From: a virus
Taxonomy: Duplodnaviria > Caudoviricetes
IMG/VR virus record: IMGVR_UViG_3300024346_000003
Direction: 5' to 3' (one strand)
DNA length: 64,000 bases
The translations under genes and the position numbers were made by a program. The notes below the pieces were generated by a model, which worked only from the letters and a program-made list of their open reading frames with translations, was not told the DNA's origin and did no database searches. Each line of letters starts with the position of its first letter. Position 1 is the stretch's first letter. Shown one piece after another: positions 29,873 through 39,495 of this stretch.

Positions 29873-30256
29873 ATGCCTAGAAAGAAAAAACAAGAAGTTA
29901 GAATAAATAGTACTGATAGCCTTGAGGGGTTATGTCAGGAAGCATATAATGATTCATGTGCTCAAATAAATGATGCACAAAGAACCATAAATGAAATGGC
30001 AAGTTCAGCAAACCCAGTTGATGTCGATGATTTGACTAAACTAGCTAAAGCTAAAGTTGATGCTTTAAAAATTAAAGATTCAGCTATAAAGATAAAGCTT
30101 GAAATTGCTAAACTACAAAATGATATCCTTAAGCACAATGGTGATGCGGATTCTGCGATTAAAGATAGAAGTAATGGCACAGTATCTTTAGATGATTTCT
30201 CTAAAGTTAGGGAAATGATTAAAAATGGACCAAATAACAATATTGAAAACGAATAA
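29873..30256 (+). CDS. Helical late protein, possibly terminase small subunit
   Basis: 127 aa coiled-coil; GTATTTAT at 29835; function is a guess. Confidence 0.35.
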   Translation: MPRKKKQEVRINSTDSLEGLCQEAYNDSCAQINDAQRTINEMASSANPVDVDDLTKLAKAKVDALKIKDSAIKIKLEIAKLQNDILKHNGDADSAIKDRSNGTVSLDDFSKVREMIKNGPNNNIENE

Positions 30257-30258
30257 AT

Positions 30259-31761
30259 ATGTCTATCATCGACCAAAAGACTAAAGTGATGAGTAGCATT
30301 TCATCTTTGAATGTTATCACTGAAGGTTTACCGAAATTTAAATTAACCAATTCATTCGCAAGTATGAATAATGGTACGAATGTTACTGATTTTTTAATTG
30401 ATTTGGTACAATCGTTAATCGGTTATGATGAACTTAAGTTAAATGTTGTTGATATATTTAGTAAAAAATTACCTGAAATAGAGTCTGAAATTAAAAAAGT
30501 ATTAAAGTTACAACTTAAAGGGTATGTTAGTTGTGGTGTAAATCCATCGATACCAGCCTGGTTACAAAGTACTGGTGCTGGTGTAACCTCAAAATTAACT
30601 AATATTGATTTTTTTGAAATAACTAAATCAGACCCTAAATCACCATTTGGTTTTTTAATTTATAGTGATTTTGAATCAGGGTTAAATAGTACTGATTTTA
30701 ACACATTCCTATACTCAAATATAGAACAAAATAAAGGTGATTTTGCTGTCGATGGTGGTACAGCAAGTCCTTGGGGCTCATCAACTGGTGCGGGTGATAT
30801 TATTGACTTAAAATTCAGTCCAGTTGGGACTACTAATAATAACATTGTTAAAATAACGGCAAATGCTAGTTACGATAATAAAACATTAACAGAGTTTAAT
30901 AATGATTTTATAGATAGTATTACACTATTCGGTGACCCAAATAATATTGATGGTAGCAAAATACTAAATGCAATTATTGATAATTTATTTGGAACAATTG
31001 CTGTTACAGTTGGTAAAACTAAAAAACAATTAAAAAAAGAAGCTGAGATTAATGAATGTTTAGAGTGTATATTAAATTCTGATGAAAATGATGTTATTGA
31101 TGATAGTTATTTTACATTTGATAATGCACAGTTAACAAAAATCGAAATCCAAGCATCAAATAGAAAATTGGGTATTAGAGTTTTAGAAACATGTGGTAAC
31201 TTACCAGCTGAGATACCAATTGCAACTTTAATGGATATTAATATGTCACTAAGTGCAGCAACAAATAATACAACTGGTACTACTAGTTTAGAGGTGGCTA
31301 AATCTCAAGCTATGGCAAAAGCAATTGACGCACTGGCTGAGGCTCAAGCATCAAACGCAGCAACAATTAACGTACCAACAGTTAAACTAGATTTTATTTT
31401 AGAATTGATTAAAAATTTCATGAAATCAATTATAAACATAGTAATATCACCAAAATTAGTGACATTATTTATAGTTAATTTTAAAATTTTATATGGTCAA
31501 CTATCTGAATATGATGGGCCGATTGATTTTATGAAAAAAAATAAAAATTTAATAGTTGACATTTCTAAAACTGTTTTAGAACAAGTAATTAAAATGTTAT
31601 TAGCTTTAGTTTTAAAACATATTACTATTAAATTAGCTAAAAAATATGCTGATGATACTATTGAAAAAGCTAAAAACTATATTGCACAAATACTTACATT
31701 GATAGGTATATCACCAGATATAATAAGACAAATCCAAGGGTTGGATTATGTTGGAGGTTAA
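30259..31761 (+). CDS. Probable structural protein
   Basis: 500 aa in late operon leading to spike gene. Confidence 0.55.
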   Translation: MSIIDQKTKVMSSISSLNVITEGLPKFKLTNSFASMNNGTNVTDFLIDLVQSLIGYDELKLNVVDIFSKKLPEIESEIKKVLKLQLKGYVSCGVNPSIPAWLQSTGAGVTSKLTNIDFFEITKSDPKSPFGFLIYSDFESGLNSTDFNTFLYSNIEQNKGDFAVDGGTASPWGSSTGAGDIIDLKFSPVGTTNNNIVKITANASYDNKTLTEFNNDFIDSITLFGDPNNIDGSKILNAIIDNLFGTIAVTVGKTKKQLKKEAEINECLECILNSDENDVIDDSYFTFDNAQLTKIEIQASNRKLGIRVLETCGNLPAEIPIATLMDINMSLSAATNNTTGTTSLEVAKSQAMAKAIDALAEAQASNAATINVPTVKLDFILELIKNFMKSIINIVISPKLVTLFIVNFKILYGQLSEYDGPIDFMKKNKNLIVDISKTVLEQVIKMLLALVLKHITIKLAKKYADDTIEKAKNYIAQILTLIGISPDIIRQIQGLDYVGG

Positions 31762-31773
31762 AATTAAATAATT

Positions 31774-32223
31774 ATGGCAGATTGTAAACCAACGAAAAAA
31801 AGTGGACCAGTAACGAAAACTGGGTTAAGCTCAATATCACAAGTACTTAAATTATTATTAGGTGCATTTAACTTAATGCAAAAACCAGCACAAACAATAC
31901 CACCGTTTTTATTATTAGCGGGTGCTGAACTTAGACCTGGTATGAGTGGTCGAGATTTAGCGGCAAACGTAATATCTAGGATGGAATCTGATGCTGGAAT
32001 ACCAATGGGTGATATATTTGGTGATGGACCAAATGCAATATCCTCAGCAATGCTAATACAAGCACAGGAACAAATTTCACATATACAAACTAAAGCTAAA
32101 GTTACAACTGTAATTAAACCTGGCGCAGTTCAAATAACAGCTGTTGGTGGTAACGCTGGTGGACCAATCGTAGTTCAAGGTTCAAACGTATCATTAACAC
32201 AAAATTCAGGAATACTACAATAA
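31774..32223 (+). CDS. Hypothetical, probably structural
   Basis: 149 aa, Gly/Val-rich beta C-terminus. Confidence 0.6.
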   Translation: MADCKPTKKSGPVTKTGLSSISQVLKLLLGAFNLMQKPAQTIPPFLLLAGAELRPGMSGRDLAANVISRMESDAGIPMGDIFGDGPNAISSAMLIQAQEQISHIQTKAKVTTVIKPGAVQITAVGGNAGGPIVVQGSNVSLTQNSGILQ

Positions 32224-32224
32224 T

Positions 32225-32407
32225 ATGAAAACAGATTGGGAAGACAAAGGTAATAATGAGATATTATTAGAAATTAAACAATTACAATTAGACCACGAAG
32301 CTCTAAAAATGAAAATAGCTAGAGAATTTGATAAATTAGTTGAAATTGAAAATAAATTTTATGATGCTAGTAAAATAATAAAAGAAAGATTAAGTGGTAA
32401 AAAATAA
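32225..32407 (+). CDS. Small coiled-coil protein
   Basis: 60 aa, stop overlaps next ATG. Confidence 0.6.
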   Translation: MKTDWEDKGNNEILLEIKQLQLDHEALKMKIAREFDKLVEIENKFYDASKIIKERLSGKK

Positions 32408-33483
32408 TGAATACATCTAATTATAATACTGGCCGTCCTAGTTCATTTGATTTAGGAACAAAAACATTTAAAACTATGCAACTTGGTGAAGTTGTGTTAG
32501 TTGACCCTATAAGTGTAAATCAAACAGACGCTAATCAAAAAAATCAGGATTTAGTTTATAATTCAGACCCTTATATCATTAGATGTAGAATAGCTGGTGG
32601 TGAGTATGATAATAATAACGGAACCAATTCAACATTACCAAACTGTTTTCCACTTATGCCAAAAATGTTATCACCAATACCAAAATTAGGTGAAACTGTT
32701 TTAATATTCATGTATGGTGAAGAAGATAGATATAGTGATAGGTTTTATATCGGACCAATAACCTCTAATCTAAATTTAATAAACAAACAAACATTAACTG
32801 CTGGTTCAACCGCAAATTTATCTACTGGATTTTATTTACCACAAAAAGACTTATCAAAAGTTGAATCAGTAAAAGGCGTATATGCAGAATATGATAGTAA
32901 TAACACATTCACTTTAAATGGTAGAGATAATGCTGATATTGTATTTAAACCAAGTGAAGTGTTAATAAGAGGTGGTAAATTTATTCAAAATAACCCACTA
33001 GAATTTAATCAATTAAACCCAGCGTATATACAAGTTAAAAATGGTTTTAATTATACTGATAATATTAACAACGCAATAACTACTATAACATCTTACTATG
33101 GTGTTGGTGGGCCAATATACGCACCAGCAACTAAAAAAATAAGTGTTAATAATATTGTGGCTGATAAAATTAATTTATTGACTTATAATGGCAGTCCTAA
33201 TTTTAATTTAACAGAAAGGGATTTATTAAATAGTACAACACCATATATTACAGACGATGAGCTTAATACAATACTATCAACTGCACACCCATTAGTATTT
33301 GGTGATGTATTAATAGAATATTTAAAAGCGCTGAGAGCAGCATTTGATACACATGTTCATAACCGCTTTGGCGCTGCACCACCAACTGATAATAAAACAA
33401 TAGGTAATGCTGTAAGTGATTTTAAAATTTTAGCACCTAAATTAGAGTCAGTAATGTTATCTAAAAATGTGAGAACTAATTAA
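32407..33483 (+). CDS. Baseplate central spike (gp5/gpV-like)
   Basis: OB-fold-like N-terminus (GEVVLVDP..IRCRI..PIPKLGETVLI..FYIG) and C-terminal HxH (DTHVH). Confidence 0.65.
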   Translation: MNTSNYNTGRPSSFDLGTKTFKTMQLGEVVLVDPISVNQTDANQKNQDLVYNSDPYIIRCRIAGGEYDNNNGTNSTLPNCFPLMPKMLSPIPKLGETVLIFMYGEEDRYSDRFYIGPITSNLNLINKQTLTAGSTANLSTGFYLPQKDLSKVESVKGVYAEYDSNNTFTLNGRDNADIVFKPSEVLIRGGKFIQNNPLEFNQLNPAYIQVKNGFNYTDNINNAITTITSYYGVGGPIYAPATKKISVNNIVADKINLLTYNGSPNFNLTERDLLNSTTPYITDDELNTILSTAHPLVFGDVLIEYLKALRAAFDTHVHNRFGAAPPTDNKTIGNAVSDFKILAPKLESVMLSKNVRTN

Positions 33484-33513
33484 TATTTCTAGATATTTAT
33501 TAATAAAAGGAAA

Positions 33514-34956
33514 ATGGTAATTAGAACATATTTCGATAGAAATAACACAATTATATTAGATGGTTACGCTAATACAGGTAGAAACCCTGTTTCTGAATTA
33601 TACTATGGTGGTGGTTCAACAAACAAATCTTATAGTAGATTTTTATTTCATTTTGATGAAACTAGATTAAAAAATCTACACAATGGTGGTACTTTTCCTA
33701 ATTTAGGGTTATTAAAACATACATTAATAATGACAAATACTGGCGCATTTGATTTAAACTTATTAGGTCGTGATACACCATATGGTAAACAAAGAGCATC
33801 ATCATTTGATTTAGTTGTTTTTAAATTACCACAAAATTGGGATGAAGGTGTTGGTTATGATTATAATATCGATGTACCATTACAAGAACCTAGTTATCAA
33901 AATACAAATGGGGCTGGAATCACAGTATACTCAACAAATCCATCAAACTGGACTTACGCACAAACAAATTTACCATGGAATAATGGACCTGGAACCTATA
34001 CTGGGTCACCAACACCTATAATGGTCGGTACGCAACACTTTGAACAAGGTAATGAAAATCTTGAAATTGATATTACTGACATTGTAAATACATATTTAAC
34101 TGGTGCAACAAATTATGGTTTAGGTATAGCATTCCCATATAGTTACGAACAAACAGTAACAACTGATTACCAAGCTGTCGGATTCTTTACCAGACATACA
34201 CAAACATTTTATGAACCATATGTTGAAACAACATATTCTTGTCATATAAAAGATGATAGAACTGATTTTTATCTGGATAAACCAAATAGAATATATCTAT
34301 ATGTTAACATAAATGGTACACCAACAAATTTAGATGAATTACCAACTGTTAATGTTTATGATAATTGTGGTACTATAATATCAAGTTATACTCAAAATGA
34401 TATAGCACATTGCACAAAAGGTGTTTACTATATTGATTTGCTTGTCCAAACAGGTGGAAATAACGAGCCTGGGGTGATTATAAATGATGTTTGGGGGAAT
34501 ATTATGATTAATGGTATAAACAGACCTGATATCGAATTATCTGTTGAATTAAAAGATTCATTAGATTATTATAATATTGGTGACGCTGATGACTTACCTA
34601 AAAAAGTTGGATTTAATATTTCTGGTATAAATCATAATGAAAAAATAAAGAGAGGTGATATTAGAAAAGTATTGGTTAGTACAAGAATACCATATACAGT
34701 AAATCAAACTCAAAAAATTGATAGATTGGATTATCGATTATATGTCAAAGAAGGTAAAAATGAATTCACAGTGATTGATTACCAACCATTAGAAATGACA
34801 CCAAATACTAATTATTTTTTATTGGATACTGCTAGTTTAATACCTAACACTTATTATTTAGATGTGAAATATGAATCTAATTTAGAGGTATCAACAAATA
34901 GAGAAGTTTTAAAATTTGATATTATATCTCAAGTTGAATTAAGAATTAGTCAGTAA
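33514..34956 (+). CDS. Virion structural protein (beta-rich)
   Basis: 480 aa, ATATTTAT at 33493; SRFLFHFD..LEIDITDIV..GLGIAF..FFTRHT..PYVE. Confidence 0.55.
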   Translation: MVIRTYFDRNNTIILDGYANTGRNPVSELYYGGGSTNKSYSRFLFHFDETRLKNLHNGGTFPNLGLLKHTLIMTNTGAFDLNLLGRDTPYGKQRASSFDLVVFKLPQNWDEGVGYDYNIDVPLQEPSYQNTNGAGITVYSTNPSNWTYAQTNLPWNNGPGTYTGSPTPIMVGTQHFEQGNENLEIDITDIVNTYLTGATNYGLGIAFPYSYEQTVTTDYQAVGFFTRHTQTFYEPYVETTYSCHIKDDRTDFYLDKPNRIYLYVNINGTPTNLDELPTVNVYDNCGTIISSYTQNDIAHCTKGVYYIDLLVQTGGNNEPGVIINDVWGNIMINGINRPDIELSVELKDSLDYYNIGDADDLPKKVGFNISGINHNEKIKRGDIRKVLVSTRIPYTVNQTQKIDRLDYRLYVKEGKNEFTVIDYQPLEMTPNTNYFLLDTASLIPNTYYLDVKYESNLEVSTNREVLKFDIISQVELRISQ

Positions 34957-35240
34957 TGAAAGAATTTATAAAAAATAGATTAAGAGAAAGTATATCAAAC
35001 CCAATATGTAATATAATGACAGTAAATACCTATGAAGAAGGTATTGAACACTTAAGAAAACATATTGGGACACCAGAAGAAAATCCAGAAGCTTGGGCTC
35101 AAATAACAAAACCACTTAAAATGTGGAAAGATATTACAATCCAAATTAGAAAAGAATTAGCTAGTGGTGCCACTGGTGATTCAGAAGTTGATGAATCAGA
35201 TACCTGGTGGTCAGCAATTATTAGTAGGTTTTGTAGATAA
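34956..35240 (+). CDS. Small protein with IxxxLRES leader
   Basis: MKEFIKNRLRESI. Confidence 0.65.
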   Translation: MKEFIKNRLRESISNPICNIMTVNTYEEGIEHLRKHIGTPEENPEAWAQITKPLKMWKDITIQIRKELASGATGDSEVDESDTWWSAIISRFCR

Positions 35241-35388
35241 TATAAAATACCTATTTACAATTTTTTATTTTACCGTATATTTATTAACAGTTAAACTCCG
35301 TATTAGTTTTGAGTCAAATTTGACTTTAGAGTTGTTTAGGCAACAAAGAAATTAGTACATTAATAACAAAAATTAAAAAGTTAAAAAA

Positions 35389-36210
35389 ATGAAAATTAGT
35401 GTAAACAGAGAGGTTTCTACCCCTCAAGCATTTATTGCTGTAAACAAAAGTAGAATTAAACAATATAATAAGTTAAATGAGACCCCAACTTATTATCTTC
35501 AAAAGGGGCAAGAATTCCAATTAGAATTATTTAATCCAACAACTGGGACTATTTTAGCTAAAATATTCTTAAATGGTAATGCTATATCACAAGGTGGACT
35601 TGTTTTAAAGCCAGGACAGCGTATTTTCCTTGATAGATACATCGATGTAGCCAAAAAGTTTTTATTTGATACCTACGAGGTCTCAAATACAAATGAAGTT
35701 AAAAAAGCTATTGAAGATAATGGTGATTTTAAAGTTGAATTCTATAAAGAATTTGTATTACAAGTTAAACCTAACTATTTTAGTGGTAATATTGGGACTA
35801 CAACTATTACTTACGTAAATAATAATCTAACAGATGGTACTTATAATCTTCCAGTTAATAATAATACTTTAGGGTTTTATGATACCCAATCACTATACTC
35901 AAATACAAAATTAAATGCAAATATAAATTTAAATTCTTTTAAGGGACCAAATATTAGAAGTAAAAAAAGTTTAACTAGGTCAATTGAAACTGGTAGAGTT
36001 GAACAAGGTTCACAATCAAGTCAAAAACTAACAACTGTTAATATGAATTGGGAAATTTATCCTTTCCATACCTTGGAGTATAAAATGCTACCATTATCTC
36101 AAAAAATAAACACATCTGAAGATATCAATATAAAACGATATTGTACAAACTGTGGTGCTAAACTAAGTAAGGGACATAAATTTTGTTCTAGTTGTGGCAC
36201 AAAAGCTTAA
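35389..36210 (+). CDS. Hypothetical protein with C-terminal zinc ribbon
   Basis: CTNCG...FCSSCG at C-terminus. Confidence 0.75.
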   Translation: MKISVNREVSTPQAFIAVNKSRIKQYNKLNETPTYYLQKGQEFQLELFNPTTGTILAKIFLNGNAISQGGLVLKPGQRIFLDRYIDVAKKFLFDTYEVSNTNEVKKAIEDNGDFKVEFYKEFVLQVKPNYFSGNIGTTTITYVNNNLTDGTYNLPVNNNTLGFYDTQSLYSNTKLNANINLNSFKGPNIRSKKSLTRSIETGRVEQGSQSSQKLTTVNMNWEIYPFHTLEYKMLPLSQKINTSEDINIKRYCTNCGAKLSKGHKFCSSCGTKA

Positions 36211-36238
36211 ATAAATAAAAAGGAGTTAACTACAAAAC

Positions 36239-36269
36239 AAAAAAGGCCACCGTTAGGTAGCCTTTTTTT
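36239..36269. terminator. Bidirectional terminator between convergent units
   Basis: aaaaaaGGCCACC-gtta-GGTAGCCttttttt. Confidence 0.85.
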
Positions 36270-36286
36270 ATGAATTAGATTTTTAT

Positions 36287-36820
36287 TTAACTATTTTGTA
36301 TTTGATTGATTCGCTCTTTTTTTCTAACTATCTCTTCTTTATTCTGTGCTATAACACCAAAACGGTCCGCATATGTCCCATTTTTAAACTCTACTTCCAG
36401 AGAAGCAGTTTCTTTTTCTAATTGTTTAATTTGACGCTGTAATGATTTAATAGTCTTAATATCTTCTGGACGTAGGATACCTACCTCTTTACGTTCCCAA
36501 TATAATTCTGGTGGATTACCTACTTCAACTTTTGTAATACCTTTATCATCATAATACGCAAAATAAGGCCTACCATGTTCTGTATGACCTATTAACCCTT
36601 CACTTCGGTTGATTATAGATTTTAAAAAAGAAGCTTGTTTTTCACTTTTAAACATACCATTATTATTTTTAGCCAACCCTAATACAGACATTTTTAAATC
36701 AGTAAAATTTTCGGATAAAACATCTTTACTATTTTGAACCAACCCTTTTGATTCTAAATATCTTTGTTCAGCTAATAAATTTACTTTTTCTATATTAGTT
36801 GTTTTATCAAATCTTCTCAT
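36287..36820 (-). CDS. Hypothetical late protein with LAE/LES leader
   Basis: MRRFDKTTNIEKVNLLAEQRYLES; ATATTTAT at 36834-36841. Confidence 0.7.
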   Translation of the reverse strand: MRRFDKTTNIEKVNLLAEQRYLESKGLVQNSKDVLSENFTDLKMSVLGLAKNNNGMFKSEKQASFLKSIINRSEGLIGHTEHGRPYFAYYDDKGITKVEVGNPPELYWERKEVGILRPEDIKTIKSLQRQIKQLEKETASLEVEFKNGTYADRFGVIAQNKEEIVRKKERINQIQNS

Positions 36821-36849
36821 ATTCTTTTTAATTATAAATATCTAAAAAT

Positions 36850-37533
36850 TTATAAAAGTTTTGTCCCCTTGCTCAAATTATCTGACTCCCACAATGGTTG
36901 AAGATTATCCAAACACCAACATAATTTAAACTCTCTATCATCTGTAGTTTCAAAATTAAAACTAGTCATCGGTATCTTATGGTCAACGTGCCACTCACCG
37001 TAATTATCCCATGTCATCCCCTCTGTAAATTGTTTTTCTAAATGAGACATCAATTCCTCTAACGTGTAACCTAACAATTCAAATGTGGAACGATACTTAG
37101 CAACATTACGTTCTTTTAAACATGTCCACACAGCTGTTCGTGTCCTTACACCTAAACGATATTTTGGGTCAACACGTCTACGATTACGCTCATAATCACG
37201 TTTGTATTTATCAACATGTACCTTATTCAACTCTCGCCAATTACTATGTGTTTTACGCAGATGTTCTCTATTTTCTTTAGACCACTCTTTATGGTATTCA
37301 CTGAGTTTATCTTTATTCTTAGTTATATATCGTTTATCAGCTGCTGATTTACCGCCAATATTTCTTCGACCAGATTGACCCATTACAATACCATTCTCCT
37401 TTAGTGTTCTATTGATAACAGCTTTATGTACTTTAAATGCTTCACCAATTGATGGTGTACCCATTTTTTCCTCTACATACATTCTGATTATCTCTTTTGT
37501 ATCTTCTTCGTTAAATACTATTTTCTTACTCAT
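36850..37533 (-). CDS. Free-standing HNH endonuclease
   Basis: WHVDHKIP...CWCLDNLQPLWESDNLSKG; N-terminal HTH-like segment. Confidence 0.85.
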   Translation of the reverse strand: MSKKIVFNEEDTKEIIRMYVEEKMGTPSIGEAFKVHKAVINRTLKENGIVMGQSGRRNIGGKSAADKRYITKNKDKLSEYHKEWSKENREHLRKTHSNWRELNKVHVDKYKRDYERNRRRVDPKYRLGVRTRTAVWTCLKERNVAKYRSTFELLGYTLEELMSHLEKQFTEGMTWDNYGEWHVDHKIPMTSFNFETTDDREFKLCWCLDNLQPLWESDNLSKGTKLL

Positions 37534-37548
37534 ACCTTATATTTTATA

Positions 37549-37579
37549 CAAATATACTAATAATATTTTAAATAGTCAA
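37549..37579 (-). promoter_or_regulatory. Bacteroidota-type promoter
   Basis: TTGACT-N17-TATATTTG on minus strand. Confidence 0.75.
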
Positions 37580-37629
37580 TACAAAATAACCATAAAATCT
37601 ATTATTTATATAAAAAAGTTTATAACAAC

Positions 37630-37659
37630 AAAAAAGGCTAGAAGTTAATCTAGCCTTTT
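37630..37659 (-). terminator. Terminator after major capsid gene
   Basis: GGCTAGA-N6-TCTAGCC with A/T tails. Confidence 0.85.
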
Positions 37660-37680
37660 ATGTTATTGATTTATAAGATA

Positions 37681-39462
37681 TTATCTTAATTCATTGATGT
37701 TAAATGTTGGTACACCATCAACTCTTACATGTCCGTAAAAACGGTTGTTCACAACTTTTTTTGCATATCTCGTCATAATTCCCTTTACTGGTGCAAAGTT
37801 GAACGGGTTATACATTGTAGGTGTAAGTTGCATTGGCACGTATGGTGCGTAGATGTAACCTGTATCTAACAATGATTTTCCTTTATGACCGATAATCATT
37901 GAGTAGAAAGGTGCATATGGGTCACGGTACACTTGGTAACGACCTGACAATGAACCTACTCTTTCAATACCCATGTTGTATTGGTCTTGCTCTGGGTTAG
38001 CATCACTTACGTGGAAGTACTCTAAATCATCCATGATTGCAGATATTTCAGAAGAAATTACGATAAAGTTAGCACCACCTCTAAGGGTTGATTTGTGAAT
38101 TTGTGCTGAAATTTGGTTAACTTTAGTAATTAAAGTTTGATTCCAGTCTTTTTGCGTGTATGGACTAGCAGCTGAAGAAGCTTTTCTCCATCCGTTATAA
38201 TCCCAACGTAATTGCCATGCAGCAGCTTTTCTTAAGTCTCTTAAGATTTCACGGTCAATTTCAGCAGCAACTTGCTCAGAAAGCATAGCTGTTAATTCTG
38301 CCTCAGCATCGATGTTGTGGAATGCACTAACATCTTGAGCTAATTCTGGAGACCATGTAGCTCTTAGTTTTCTTTCTTCTACAGAAACAACAACTTCATC
38401 CAATTTGAATGATACTTCACCCATTTCAGTTTCTAATTCTAATGAATCATAACGTCCCCAAGCGATTGAGAAATCAAGAGCCGTTGTAGTTGTACCAGTA
38501 ACACCAACATAACCATCGTAAGTTGGAGTAGTAACAGCTGGGTGAGTTAAATCTAATTCAACATACATAACACCAACAGCGTCACAGATATCACCATAAG
38601 AAACGATACCTTTACCATATTTTTGTGTTACTAATCTGAATGGAACTGAACCATTAGCAGCAACAACTGCAAAACCATCTTGGTCAAGTAATGTATTGTC
38701 AGAAACAATGATTAATGATGCTAAGAAAGCTTCAGTATCCATTTCGTTTCCGTCTGGACCTGTTAATCTACCAGCTCTAACGTCAGAGAAACCAGAGATT
38801 GCAATAATTGCATTTCTAATTGAACCATCAGTTGCAGTAGGTAGGAAAGAAAAATCAGCAACTGTATTAAAGTTACCATTAGTACCTAAAGTTTTCAATA
38901 CACCATCACCAACTGCGATAGTCAATGTACCTTTAGAGTTATCAAACATACCATCGTTGTAGAAAATATCGTACAAGTTTTTAGCTTGGTATGGAGTTAC
39001 TGTACAACCGTCAACTGGTTGAACACAACTTGGTAATTGGTCACCCATACCTGTGTGTGCAGAGTAAGTAGTACCGTAAGGTGTTGTAGCGTAATTATCA
39101 CCAGCGTTTCCGTTAGCATCAACTCTTGAAGAAGTTTGAGGTACGAAGAAAAACAATTTACCGATTGGCATGTTCATAGCTTGTACAGATACTACATCAT
39201 TAGCTAATAATTTAGAGAAAACTCTTCTTACGATTGGGAAAACTACAGTTTCGAAAGAACCTGAAGACGTAGAGTCTGTAGCTTCAGTTAAAATTGAAGA
39301 AGCTTGGTTCTCATATAACTGAGCAACGTTTTCCTTAATGTGGCCCTTAAGACCTTCCAAGAATCCTAAAGATTCCCATTTAGATTGTGTTTGTCTACGG
39401 ATTTCCTTCATGTGGTTTAATCCGATGTTTCCAACTTGTCCTGAGTTTAAAAATTGTGACAT
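37681..39462 (-). CDS. gp23: Major capsid protein (T4 gp23-like)
   Basis: KWESLGFLEGL..LYENQ, VSVQAMNMPIG, RKLRATWSPELAQD..AELTAMLSEQVAAEIDREI, GYIYAPYVP, KGIMTRYA. Confidence 0.95.
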   Translation of the reverse strand: MSQFLNSGQVGNIGLNHMKEIRRQTQSKWESLGFLEGLKGHIKENVAQLYENQASSILTEATDSTSSGSFETVVFPIVRRVFSKLLANDVVSVQAMNMPIGKLFFFVPQTSSRVDANGNAGDNYATTPYGTTYSAHTGMGDQLPSCVQPVDGCTVTPYQAKNLYDIFYNDGMFDNSKGTLTIAVGDGVLKTLGTNGNFNTVADFSFLPTATDGSIRNAIIAISGFSDVRAGRLTGPDGNEMDTEAFLASLIIVSDNTLLDQDGFAVVAANGSVPFRLVTQKYGKGIVSYGDICDAVGVMYVELDLTHPAVTTPTYDGYVGVTGTTTTALDFSIAWGRYDSLELETEMGEVSFKLDEVVVSVEERKLRATWSPELAQDVSAFHNIDAEAELTAMLSEQVAAEIDREILRDLRKAAAWQLRWDYNGWRKASSAASPYTQKDWNQTLITKVNQISAQIHKSTLRGGANFIVISSEISAIMDDLEYFHVSDANPEQDQYNMGIERVGSLSGRYQVYRDPYAPFYSMIIGHKGKSLLDTGYIYAPYVPMQLTPTMYNPFNFAPVKGIMTRYAKKVVNNRFYGHVRVDGVPTFNINELR

Positions 39463-39495
39463 AATTTTATTTTTTTTTTGTTTTTTTTATTATTA

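Noticed and set aside
5642-31541. Other A8-A9 runs (5642, 7771, 8310, 16393, 31534) as frameshift sites
   Set aside because: Expected in an AT-rich Lys-rich genome; no useful open alternative frame was noticed.
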